From Prasinococcaceae sp. CCMP 1430 (Eukaryota > Plantae > Prasinodermophyta), in the NCBI GenBank assembly GCA_013416795.1, contig RQSC01000028.1:795057-818737 (forward strand): a stretch of 23,681 nt of DNA, read 5' to 3'. Positions 10,224 to 20,625 of the stretch are shown here, one piece after another. The notes beneath the pieces are model-generated. The model searched no databases, had not been told where the DNA came from, and saw only the letters and a list, made by a program, of their open reading frames with translations. The position numbers were made by a program, and so were the translations under genes. The stretch's first letter is position 1. Each line of letters starts with the position of its first letter.

Positions 10224-10619
10224 GGACGCCCCGCCGCCCCTCCCGTGTACCATAGCAAACGACAGGCGCACGCGAGAGCCCGCCGCGGCCGCGCAGTGCC
10301 GCGAGCGAAGCCGCCCTCTTTTAACATACGTAGCACGAGATCAACGCAGTCGCCGCGGCCGCCCGCGGCCGGCGCCGCCGGGCGCGTTGCATGTCCGAGG
10401 GCGGGCTGAGTCCTGCTCTGCTTCATGGACTCTACTAGCGCGGCGGGGTGCTGCCTCGGGCGTGCGGTCTTGCGAGCGTGCGAACGTGCCCTTGCGAGTG
10501 CCCAGCGACTTGCTCGGGGCGGTCCCTCGCCCTCCCCTCCCCCGCGCCGCGCCGCGCCGCACCGCGTTGCCCAGCTCGCACTCCCTCGCCCGCTCCTCAA
10601 GCTCCCACTCCCGCTCGCG

Positions 10620-12034
10620 ATGGTGTTCACGCTCAAGCTCAAGCTCGGCAAGCGCAAGGCGGGCGACGACGGCGCGCCGCCGGCCGCCGGGGCGGCGCCC
10701 GCGGCGTCGCGCGCCCGGCGGTGCCGTCGGTGGACGCGGCGCTGAGCGCGGCCGAGCAGCAGCGCCAGTTCTACATGCAGGCGAACCGCGACGCGGAGGA
10801 GCGGCAGCGGGCGGAGGCCGAGCGCCTCGCGCGCGAGCAGGAGGAGGTGCTGAGGCGGGCCGCTGCGGCGGCCGCCGAGCCGGAGGTCTCAGAGCAGACC
10901 TCGCAGAAAGCGAGGGGGCGGTCGGGGGGGCGCCGCGGACCTCGGGCGCGCCCCGCGCCCTCGCCGGCGCCGAGGGCGCCCGCTGCGCCCAAGCCGCAGC
11001 GCGACCGCGGCTTCAAGGCTGAGCGCGCCGCCGCCGTCATCGCGTCGCTCGCACGCAAGGACAAGTCGTCGGTGTTCCTCAAGGAGGTGCGCGCTGAGGA
11101 CGTGCCGGGGTACTACGACGTCATCAAGGAGGCGATGAGCTTCGATACGATTCGTGCCAAGTTCAAGAAGGACGCCTACACGACGTGGCAGGAGGTGAAG
11201 GACGACGTGGATCTCATGTGCAACAACGCGATGTACTTCAACGCGCCCAGCACTTTCTACCACACCGCGGCGAAGACCATCTATGAGGCAGCGCAGAGCC
11301 AGTTCAAGAACTGTGCCGGCAGGGCGCTGCCTGTGCGCCGGGGCGCGTGCCTGTGGGCGGGGGATCACACGCCCGCGCCCAATCCGCTCGCGGCAGAGGT
11401 GGGGACGGGAGCGGCGGGGGTGACGGCCACTGGCGATGACAGTGTGACCGAGCCGCTCGATGCTGGGGCGACCGGCGGCGGCAGCGACCGGCCGCAGGCG
11501 GCAACGCCGGAGCCGTCCACGATGGGTCCGGCGATGTCACAAGACACAATGGCAGCTGATGCTCAGGGCGGCGGGGCGGCGGGCTCGGCAGCCATCGACG
11601 GCGAGGGCGGTGCCAGGCAGCAGAATGCCGACGGCGCCCCGAGTGCGGCTGCCGCAGCGACGGCCGTGCCGCTCGTGTTCCGCTCGAGCAAAGCTGGCAC
11701 TGCCATCGATTTCCGCACAAGGCTCGACAAGCGAGAAAACCGGCGCCGCACGTACCCCAAGCCACCGAGTGTCTTGAGGACCAAGGCGCCCACCAACAAG
11801 GGGCCCGCCGCAGCCGAGCAGATGCGCGTGCACCAGGCGGAGAAGGCTGAGAAAGCGGCGCTCGAGCGCGCATTGTCCGGAGAACGCGTGGCTGCGCCCG
11901 ACCCCGCGGCGCGCGCGGCGCTAGCGCGAGTCGAGGTGTACGAGCATTCGCTCATGCGCTTCGCGCGAGGGATGGGAAGCGTCGTGCAACGAGTAGCGGA
12001 GGAGATGAGGGCCCGCGTGGCAGGGGCGAAATGA
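10620..12034 (+). CDS. Bromodomain protein of the plant BRD1/2/13 (BRD7/9-like SWI/SNF subunit) type; apparent 1-nt frameshift near 10660-10745
   Basis: Bromodomain KDKSSVFLKEV...PGYYDVIKEAMSFDTIRAK...DLMCNNAMYFNAPSTFY with the acetyl-lysine-binding Asn. C-terminal ENRRRTY and YEHSLMRFARGMG motifs recall the plant BRD family. ATG 10620 (MVFTLKLKLGKRK) is out of frame with the main ORF by one base. Confidence 0.85.
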
Positions 12035-12334
12035 GTATGGTAATGTGTGTAATTATGGATGCCTGAGCGCGTCAGATCATTCGTTCATGCGTACAGTGTC
12101 AGTCCCAGGAAGTTGCTGTGCACGCACTGTTGTAGTTGGGCTGTGCGTGCAAGAGGAGTCGATTCCAACATCATATGTGTATCATTGCGTCGGGTTGTTC
12201 TTCATTCGCATCGTGTCGTTCGTCGGTAGCAATGTGGCGGAGCGACATGATGATTTGTGCCGCCGTCCATCAGCACGCGCGCCAGTGGGCACTGCCACTC
12301 GAAATGGCGAGTAGGTGCTAGTGGCTCTACCGGC

Positions 12335-13720
12335 TCACATTCGCGAGCACTGCGAACACGATGGTGATGCGTGCGCAGCGGCAGCGGCATGTGCATTGCT
12401 GACATTTCCGGCTTGAGGCCGACCGCGTGATCCAGGCACGAGACAGCTGCCGTCAGGGTCACTGTCGCCGCGTTCTCCGGAGCATGCCGCGTGCTGCTCC
12501 CAAGGGTGGGCAATTCCAGAGGTGATCAGAGACTGCCCTCTTGCTCCTTTGCCTCCGCTGCCACCGGCAGCGGCAGCACCATCTCTATCGCCATTGGCGG
12601 GCGTGAGAGTTATTTCGAGCACACATTTGGCAAGGGCACTGATGTCGTGGACCTCGGCGCCTATCTCCTTGGCGAGCCATCCCGTGATGCTGAAACGCCG
12701 CGGGACGGGAGGGCGCAGGCGCACGATGACGAACGCAGCCGCGAGCACCGCTGCGGCATGCAGCTCGGTGTGCAGGGCCGCGAGCGTGGCAAACGAGGAG
12801 AGCTCGTCGTAGAGGGCATACACCTGCATGACACAGAAAAGAGCACAGTCGGGCAAAATAGATTGTACGTAAGTGTCAGATGAGGGATCGATGACGGACG
12901 GATGCGCACACACATCACGGCACGCACTTTGGCAAAACTTTGGCGCAGGCTATCACGCACGTACCAAAAGTTCTCCGAACTCTGCTATCTCGCCGAGGTC
13001 ACAAGAGGCGACAGACATGGCGTCGCCGTCGGCGCCGAGCGCCGCAAGGAGGGCCTCCAGTCTCGAGCCGATGAGCGCGCACTCAGGGAGCCAGCAAGCT
13101 CCGCAGGCGCCACCCCCTCCACCGCCGACGCCGGCGACCGCCACAAGTGTCGCGAGCTCTGCCGCCCGCGCGTCGCTCGGGCAGAGGGGATACGTGCACG
13201 CTCCCTGCGTTGAAGTGTGCATGAGGCGCAGAATGTCGTTGCATCCCAGCGCACGAAACGCGCCCGGCTGGCCACGCTCGCCGTCACTGAAGACCATCTT
13301 GGACGCCAACTGGACGCACGCGCCCGCGGCCGCAAGTGCGGCCCGCGGCCGCGCCAACGGCGTCGACGCGCCAAATCCGCCATCGCCGCCGGGCACCGCG
13401 GAGGCGATGCGGTCCCTTCCAGCTGCTCCTTCAGCACCACTCGCCAATCGTGACTTGATCCTCATGCTGCGCCTCAAGGTACCGAAAGTATGCCACGACT
13501 CGAGGGGAGCGCTGTCAGGGCACACTGCTGCTGGCAGGTAGCCGACATCATCCTGGCCGTGCGGGGGGACGGGTGCCGCCAGGGCCTGCGTTGCCGCGGC
13601 GCGGGCGTACAGCTCTGCGAAGAGGTGCAGCGCGCGCCGCGTGACTGCCCGCGGCGCACCGCTCGCCGCGGCGCAGGCGACCACGAGGCGCACGCCCTCG
13701 CGTCGCGTGGCGTCATCCAT
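12335..13720 (-). CDS. CNTD1: CNTD1/COSA-1-like atypical cyclin; exons 13720..12965 and 12823..12335 (~414 aa)
   Basis: Cyclin-box helix TRREGVRLVVACAA...RALHLFAELY. ACVQLASKMVF matches human CNTD1 SCVQLASKLSF as recalled. LEALLAALGADG matches VETLLEVLGYNG. After splicing, ELL|VYALYDEL matches DLVYLLHE, and HAAAVLAAAFVI matches AVGIIAASAFI. Confidence 0.72.
12824..12964 (-). other. Spliceosomal intron (141 nt, phase 0) in the CNTD1-like gene
   Basis: GTACGT donor, TCTGAC branch site at 12880-12875, pyrimidine-rich tract and ATGCAG acceptor. Confidence 0.8.
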
Positions 13721-14040
13721 GGCGCTTTTTCTTCTTTGCAGCGACAGGCGGGACAGGGGGCGCCACGCCGCCCGCCGCCGCACGCGACCAACCGGCGCCC
13801 CAACCCCCCACCCCCCCGCCCGCGCGGCGCGGCGCCTCTTCCAACCCCCCAACCGACCGCGACGCGACAATGGCGCCCGCGCGCGCGTGGGCTGGGGTGG
13901 CTTCGGAGGGGGCGCCGGCGGCGCGCGCTGTGGTGCGCGCGCGCGCCTGCTTTTTCTCGCGCGAGCGAGCGAGCCCCCCGCCAGAACACGGTTCGAAAGC
14001 GTGCCGCGCGCGCGGCTGCCGCCACACTGCGCGCGAGTGC

Positions 14041-14096
14041 TCGCTCGCTCGCTCGCTCGCTCGCTCGCTCGCTCGCTCGCTCGCTCGCTCGCTCGC
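14041..14096 (+). repeat. (TCGC)14 microsatellite in the divergent intergenic region
   Basis: Fourteen perfect TCGC units counted. Confidence 0.95.
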
Positions 14097-14158
14097 GCGT
14101 GTGTACGTCGTTCGCGTGCGTGCGTGTCGTGCGTGTCGTGCGTGCTCGCTTGCGCGCT

Positions 14159-14213
14159 CGCGCGCGCGCGTGTGTGTGCGCGCGCGCGCGCGCGTGTGTA
14201 CGTACGTGTGCGC
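14159..14213. repeat. 55-nt perfectly alternating pyrimidine-purine tract (CG/TG/TA units) with Z-DNA potential
   Basis: cgcgcgcgcgcgtgtgtgtgcgcgcgcgcgcgcgcgtgtgtacgtacgtgtgcgc read directly. Confidence 0.8.
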
Positions 14214-14295
14214 TCGCTCGCGCGCGCGTGTGTGTGCGCGGCGGTAGTGGGTGTGTGGGTGGGTGTGGTGGTGGTGGTGGTGGTGGGACGGGACG

Positions 14296-15495
14296 ATGAG
14301 CGCGCAGGAGGCGCTCTCCGCGGGCGCGCTCCTCGCGTCGGGCACGGTCAACACGCTGCTGAACGCGCGCGTGCTCGGGCTGGGCTGCTACGCGGCCGAG
14401 AGCCTGCTGCAGACGGCGGCCAAGCTGGCCGCGCAGAGCGCCGTCGTGGGGGTGCGCGCGCTGCGCTCCCGCGGCGCGGCGCGCGCGCGCTCGCAACGTC
14501 ATCTGCCTCCGCCGCGCGAGCGGCGGCGGCGGCGGCGGCGGCGGCGCGTCATGGCGCACGCGCGCGCAACTCGTGGGCTCGGCGGTGTGCGACCTCGTTG
14601 GCTTCCTGCTGTATCAACAGGGGCTCGTGCGGTGCGGCCCGGCGCTCTATCAGGTGGCGTGCAGCGCGCAGGTGGTATTTGGCGTCGCCTTCTCGGCGGC
14701 GTTTGTCGGTGCCCGGTACTCGCTCGGGCAGCTGGTCGCAGTGGCGTGGGTCGTGGGGTCAATCGCAGCTAGGGGCGCGCTCGCGGCGAGAAAGGCGGGC
14801 GCTGCGGACGAGGGCGACGCTGGGGCAGTCACTTTCGGCATCCTCATGGTGCTGCTCGGCTGCGCGGTCTATTCGGCCGGGGCGGTGCTCGTAACGCGCA
14901 TGAACAGGGACTGCGTGCGAGCCGGGGAGACGCCGCCCAGCGGGTCCGACGTGTCTGCGGCGAATGGCGTCGTAGGCCTTTGCTTCATTCTCGTGTACCT
15001 CGCGGCCTACACCGTGCCCCGCTGGACTGAGCTCGTGACCGACGTCCAGGCAGCGTCCGGCGTGACCCCATGGGAGGTGCTGAGCACCCACGCCATCTAC
15101 CTGGCGTGCTACGTCGTGCACAACGCGGTGAGTGCGCGCGCGACCGCGCGCACGCACGCGATTGTGCGTGCGCGCACGTGTGCGCCTGCGTGTGTGCGTC
15201 CTCCTGACTCGCACACCCGCCCTGTGCCGGCGATTGCACGTGCGTGCAGAACTATTGGAACTGCGTCGCGAGCGCCGGCGTCACGACCGCACAGTGCGCG
15301 AACGCCGTCCGCACTGTTTCCGTCGCCCTCGTCTCCGCCGCGGTCATGTGCCGCGGCGACACGCCTGCGGAGTGCCTGGACGCCGGATCGATGGCGTGCG
15401 CTCTGGCGACAGCAGGTGGCGGCGCGATGTACGCGCTCGCGACCTCCCGCGCGAGCGCGACCAAGGCCACGCTCGTCGCGAAGAAGGAAAAGTAG
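14296..15495 (+). CDS. DMT-superfamily transporter, SLC35F6/nucleotide-sugar-transporter-like; intron 15128..15249; apparent frameshift at the (GC)n run ~14479-14490
   Basis: N-terminal LLASGTVNTLL resembles SLC35F6 LVTGSINTL. Multiple hydrophobic helices follow, including LYQVACSAQVVFGVAFS...RYSLGQL. A GTGAGT...CCTGAC...GTGCAG intron joins HNA|NYWNCV, followed by AVRTVSVALVS. Stop TAG at 15493-15495. Confidence 0.65.
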
Positions 15496-15669
15496 CAGGG
15501 CACGCCCCAGCCACCAGCAGAACGCGTGAAATCAAGAGACGCAACGGCCCAACGCACATACGCGCACGCAAGCGCGCGCACGCGCACGCGCACGCGCGTG
15601 CCCACGTGCATATCTCGCAATGATAATACAGGCATGATACACACTCTGCGCGCGAGGGCGCCGGCATTC

Positions 15670-17985
15670 TCAACGGCCGCCCACGCCCGCCGCGCTGACG
15701 GCGGCCATGGCAGCGATGACACCGAGGTCTGTGCGCGCGCGGAGTGCTCGGAGGGCGCTCGGATCGACTGTGGCGGGTGCGTCGAGCGTTGCCGCTGTCG
15801 CCACGGCCTCCTCGTCGGCGGCAGCCTCGTCGGCGGCACGCATGGCCGCGGCGCGCAGCGAGAGGATGGCGGAGCGCACGTCGCGCCCGTCCTCGCCTTG
15901 GGAAGTGGCTGGCTGGCGCTGCTCTTTGTCGGCGTCTGTCGTTGCTGCCATTTGTTGTTGTTGCGCTGCACCGTTTGGCACGCGGTCTGGCGAGCCCGGA
16001 GAGCGGCAGCGCTTGCGCGAGATAGCAGCCGCATCGATGTCGCCCACGTGCTGGAGTACGCGCGCCGCACCTGGGCTGTACGCCGCAGCGCCCCACCGGG
16101 CGCGAGCCCGCTCGGCCGCCCCCCGCCAGCCAATTGCGGCGATAGGATCTGCGCACGCACCCTGGGGAGCGCTGTCCGCGGCGCAGATGTACACCTCGTA
16201 CCTGTACGCGCCCTCGCCCAGCTCGTCGCCCGCCGCGCGCTCCGCAGCCACCTCGGCTCGCCAATCGTCGATGACGGCGTGCAGATCCGCTTTGGCGTGG
16301 GGCGCAAGGTCGTGGACGACGTTTCCTGACGCAGAGACGAGGTCGATCTCTTCCCCGTCGAGGTCCGAGGCGGGCGCAAGCATCAGCAAGCGCACGTCAC
16401 GTAGCGCGCGGGCTGCGGCGACGACCCGGGCGCGTACGACAATCCTCCCGTCGGCGCCGCGGGTGGCGATGACGTCGGCGCGGACGCGGTGCTCCTCCGT
16501 CAGCTGCTGTCGTGCGACGTCGTCTCCGCTCGCGCTGTCCTTGCTCGCCTCGCCTGACTGCGGCGAGCCCCCTTTTTCAGCATCTGCACCGACATGTTCG
16601 CCGCTTCGCTCACCGTCGCACATGGACGCGAGCAACGACGCGGCGTCGGCAAGCATGGCCTTCTTCGCCGCCGCCTGCTTCTCGCCCTCCCAGAGCTCCC
16701 GCGTGAGCTCCTCCCTTCGCTCTTCGAGCGCAGCGGAAAAGAGGGCCTCGCCGGCCGCGGCACGCGCGGCGGCAGCGCTAACCCCGGTGCCGCCCACGCC
16801 GACACTGGCGCCGCCGGGCTGCGGGCCACGCGCGCCAGTCAGGTCGACGAGCGTGACCGCCGGCAGAGCCTCGTCCTGGGAGCGCGCCTCGCCCTTCGCA
16901 CCCCTGAGCACAAGCAATTGCTGCGTGCCGTCACCCGCGGGCGCCCTGAAGTCGCCTGGGAGCAGGGCCGCCACGCGTTCGCCGAGCGCCATCAGCGGCA
17001 CCAGCGCCTCCGCGCAGTAGAGCGTCGCCGTCGAGTGCATGTCGTCGTGCGCGGCGGCGACCACACGCGCCCTGCCGCCCAGCAGCGCCGCCGCGAGCGA
17101 AGCGGGGCGCGGCACTGACCCCGGTCGCGCGCGTGCGAGCTCGCGTCCAGCGCCGTAGCGCGTGACAGCATTGCCCTCGCCGTCCGCGATGACCACTTCC
17201 ATCGTGTCCGCGCCGGGACCCGCCCCTGCGCGCGGCGGCAGGACGCACGCCACGGCGCCCTCTGCGGTAGCGGCAGCTGCGAGGCCGTCGCCGCCGACTG
17301 CGAGCGCGGCGCGCCGCCAGCACGCATCATCACCGCCCTCGTTGAGGACGACCGCAGCGATCGGAACGGCGAGCGCTCCTGGCGTAGCGCCGGCGCTGCG
17401 AGCGCGCGTGGCTACGAGCGCCACGGGCGGGGCACCTGTGCACCCGCCGCCCGCGCAGAGCACGCGCGCGCCGCGCCCAAGCTGCACTACGAACGACTGC
17501 CAGCGACCGCGCGCGCCGCGCGCGATGACCAGGAGGGACACGGACGCGTCCGCATCCGTCTCGCCCGCCTCGTCCCCTTTCGCCTCGTGACCGCCCTCGA
17601 ACACGACGGCGGCCGCTGGCCCATCGAGCACGAACGCCCTCACCGCACGCGCCCCTGGCGGGGCTGCGGCGATCGCGACTGACTCCCAGCGCACGCCGCC
17701 GCATCGCGCGTCGTCGGAGCGCGCTTCGGCGCGCACGGCGCCCAGGACGAGCTCTCCGGTGCGCTTGTCGAGCGCAACGCCGTACGGCGCCTCCACCCAG
17801 CTCTGGCCGTCCTCGACGACGGCCGCCGCGAGCAGCGACAAACTCTCCGGGCACACGCGCGCTCCGTACTCGGGGCGGCCGCCGCTCACCTCAACCAGCG
17901 ACTCCGACGCCTCACTCACGCACGCCGCCACGCCCGTCCGCGCGTCCACGACGCGCGCTCCGCCGGCGTGCACGAAGCGCGCCAT
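15670..17985 (-). CDS. FANCB: FANCB-like protein (771 aa), starting at the ATG in the repeat spacer (MARFVHAGG...)
   Basis: FVLDGP (FANCB RVLNGP as recalled), LLPGDFRAPAGDGTQQLLVL (FANCB LIDDFIGSGTEQVLLL) and VTLVDL (FKITDL), then a coiled coil and a beta-rich segment. This matches the propeller, coiled-coil, beta-sandwich order of FANCB/FAAP100. Confidence 0.6.
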   Translation of the reverse strand: MARFVHAGGARVVDARTGVAACVSEASESLVEVSGGRPEYGARVCPESLSLLAAAVVEDGQSWVEAPYGVALDKRTGELVLGAVRAEARSDDARCGGVRWESVAIAAAPPGARAVRAFVLDGPAAAVVFEGGHEAKGDEAGETDADASVSLLVIARGARGRWQSFVVQLGRGARVLCAGGGCTGAPPVALVATRARSAGATPGALAVPIAAVVLNEGGDDACWRRAALAVGGDGLAAAATAEGAVACVLPPRAGAGPGADTMEVVIADGEGNAVTRYGAGRELARARPGSVPRPASLAAALLGGRARVVAAAHDDMHSTATLYCAEALVPLMALGERVAALLPGDFRAPAGDGTQQLLVLRGAKGEARSQDEALPAVTLVDLTGARGPQPGGASVGVGGTGVSAAAARAAAGEALFSAALEERREELTRELWEGEKQAAAKKAMLADAASLLASMCDGERSGEHVGADAEKGGSPQSGEASKDSASGDDVARQQLTEEHRVRADVIATRGADGRIVVRARVVAAARALRDVRLLMLAPASDLDGEEIDLVSASGNVVHDLAPHAKADLHAVIDDWRAEVAAERAAGDELGEGAYRYEVYICAADSAPQGACADPIAAIGWRGAAERARARWGAAAYSPGAARVLQHVGDIDAAAISRKRCRSPGSPDRVPNGAAQQQQMAATTDADKEQRQPATSQGEDGRDVRSAILSLRAAAMRAADEAAADEEAVATAATLDAPATVDPSALRALRARTDLGVIAAMAAVSAAGVGGR

Positions 17986-18000
17986 GCGCTCGCTCGCAAC

Positions 18001-20260
18001 GGCGGCGTGCGTGAGTGAGGCGTCGGAGTCGCTGGTTGAGGTGAGCGGCGGCCGCCCCGAGTACGGAGCGCGCGTGTGCCCGGAGAGTTTGTCGCTGCTC
18101 GCGGCGGCCGTCGTCGAGGACGGCCAGAGCTGGGTGGAGGCGCCGTACGGCGTTGCGCTCGACAAGCGCACCGGAGAGCTCGTCCTGGGCGCCGTGCGCG
18201 CCGAAGCGCGCTCCGACGACGCGCGATGCGGCGGCGTGCGCTGGGAGTCAGTCGCGATCGCCGCAGCCCCGCCAGGGGCGCGTGCGGTGAGGGCGTTCGT
18301 GCTCGATGGGCCAGCGGCCGCCGTCGTGTTCGAGGGCGGTCACGAGGCGAAAGGGGACGAGGCGGGCGAGACGGATGCGGACGCGTCCGTGTCCCTCCTG
18401 GTCATCGCGCGCGGCGCGCGCGGTCGCTGGCAGTCGTTCGTAGTGCAGCTTGGGCGCGGCGCGCGCGTGCTCTGCGCGGGCGGCGGGTGCACAGGTGCCC
18501 CGCCCGTGGCGCTCGTAGCCACGCGCGCTCGCAGCGCCGGCGCTACGCCAGGAGCGCTCGCCGTTCCGATCGCTGCGGTCGTCCTCAACGAGGGCGGTGA
18601 TGATGCGTGCTGGCGGCGCGCCGCGCTCGCAGTCGGCGGCGACGGCCTCGCAGCTGCCGCTACCGCAGAGGGCGCCGTGGCGTGCGTCCTGCCGCCGCGC
18701 GCAGGGGCGGGTCCCGGCGCGGACACGATGGAAGTGGTCATCGCGGACGGCGAGGGCAATGCTGTCACGCGCTACGGCGCTGGACGCGAGCTCGCACGCG
18801 CGCGACCGGGGTCAGTGCCGCGCCCCGCTTCGCTCGCGGCGGCGCTGCTGGGCGGCAGGGCGCGTGTGGTCGCCGCCGCGCACGACGACATGCACTCGAC
18901 GGCGACGCTCTACTGCGCGGAGGCGCTGGTGCCGCTGATGGCGCTCGGCGAACGCGTGGCGGCCCTGCTCCCAGGCGACTTCAGGGCGCCCGCGGGTGAC
19001 GGCACGCAGCAATTGCTTGTGCTCAGGGGTGCGAAGGGCGAGGCGCGCTCCCAGGACGAGGCTCTGCCGGCGGTCACGCTCGTCGACCTGACTGGCGCGC
19101 GTGGCCCGCAGCCCGGCGGCGCCAGTGTCGGCGTGGGCGGCACCGGGGTTAGCGCTGCCGCCGCGCGTGCCGCGGCCGGCGAGGCCCTCTTTTCCGCTGC
19201 GCTCGAAGAGCGAAGGGAGGAGCTCACGCGGGAGCTCTGGGAGGGCGAGAAGCAGGCGGCGGCGAAGAAGGCCATGCTTGCCGACGCCGCGTCGTTGCTC
19301 GCGTCCATGTGCGACGGTGAGCGAAGCGGCGAACATGTCGGTGCAGATGCTGAAAAAGGGGGCTCGCCGCAGTCAGGCGAGGCGAGCAAGGACAGCGCGA
19401 GCGGAGACGACGTCGCACGACAGCAGCTGACGGAGGAGCACCGCGTCCGCGCCGACGTCATCGCCACCCGCGGCGCCGACGGGAGGATTGTCGTACGCGC
19501 CCGGGTCGTCGCCGCAGCCCGCGCGCTACGTGACGTGCGCTTGCTGATGCTTGCGCCCGCCTCGGACCTCGACGGGGAAGAGATCGACCTCGTCTCTGCG
19601 TCAGGAAACGTCGTCCACGACCTTGCGCCCCACGCCAAAGCGGATCTGCACGCCGTCATCGACGATTGGCGAGCCGAGGTGGCTGCGGAGCGCGCGGCGG
19701 GCGACGAGCTGGGCGAGGGCGCGTACAGGTACGAGGTGTACATCTGCGCCGCGGACAGCGCTCCCCAGGGTGCGTGCGCAGATCCTATCGCCGCAATTGG
19801 CTGGCGGGGGGCGGCCGAGCGGGCTCGCGCCCGGTGGGGCGCTGCGGCGTACAGCCCAGGTGCGGCGCGCGTACTCCAGCACGTGGGCGACATCGATGCG
19901 GCTGCTATCTCGCGCAAGCGCTGCCGCTCTCCGGGCTCGCCAGACCGCGTGCCAAACGGTGCAGCGCAACAACAACAAATGGCAGCAACGACAGACGCCG
20001 ACAAAGAGCAGCGCCAGCCAGCCACTTCCCAAGGCGAGGACGGGCGCGACGTGCGCTCCGCCATCCTCTCGCTGCGCGCCGCGGCCATGCGTGCCGCCGA
20101 CGAGGCTGCCGCCGACGAGGAGGCCGTGGCGACAGCGGCAACGCTCGACGCACCCGCCACAGTCGATCCGAGCGCCCTCCGAGCACTCCGCGCGCGCACA
20201 GACCTCGGTGTCATCGCTGCCATGGCCGCCGTCAGCGCGGCGGGCGTGGGCGGCCGTTGA
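18001..20260 (+). pseudogene. 5'-truncated inverted copy of the FANCB-like gene (right arm), probably an assembly fold-back artefact
   Basis: Identical to the left copy but lacks the first ~19 codons, including the ATG, which exist only in the spacer on the minus strand. Confidence 0.75.
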
Positions 20261-20625
20261 GAATGCCGGCGCCCTCGCGCGCAGAGTGTGTATCATGCCT
20301 GTATTATCATTGCGAGATATGCACGTGGGCACGCGCGTGCGCGTGCGCGTGCGCGCGCTTGCGTGCGCGTATGTGCGTTGGGCCGTTGCGTCTCTTGATT
20401 TCACGCGTTCTGCTGGTGGCTGGGGCGTGCCCTGCTACTTTTCCTTCTTCGCGACGAGCGTGGCCTTGGTCGCGCTCGCGCGGGAGGTCGCGAGCGCGTA
20501 CATCGCGCCGCCACCTGCTGTCGCCAGAGCGCACGCCATCGATCCGGCGTCCAGGCACTCCGCAGGCGTGTCGCCGCGGCACATGACCGCGGCGGAGACG
20601 AGGGCGACGGAAACAGTGCGGACGG

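Larger units (their letters stand above)
15305..20625. repeat. Large inverted repeat: arms 15305..17929 and 18001..20625 (2625 bp each), 71-nt spacer 17930..18000
   Basis: Position x mirrors 35930-x. All mirrored ORF pairs in the track translate identically outside the spacer, and spot checks at both ends match. The right arm ends at the N at 20626. Confidence 0.97.

Noticed and set aside
10707-10747. A tiny 26-41 nt GT-AG intron to repair the bromodomain gene frameshift
   Set aside because: It restores the frame but has no donor consensus or branch site and is far shorter than the other introns here (122-459 nt). A 1-nt error is more parsimonious.
13474-14894. Long Arg/Ala-rich ORFs across the microsatellite region (361, 269, 417 and 213 aa)
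   Set aside because: They are translations of simple repeats (ASERASER, RSLARSLA) in stop-poor GC-rich DNA, with no domain signal.
17759-20260. Two 833-aa ORFs (15670..18171 minus, 17759..20260 plus) as two paralogous genes
   Set aside because: Their N-termini are just the antisense of the opposite arm. Only the minus copy has a real ATG (17985), and the pair is produced by the inverted repeat.
15305-20625. The inverted repeat as a transposon (TIR, foldback or MITE element)
   Set aside because: There is no transposase or target-site duplication. The arms consist of host gene sequence and end at an N.
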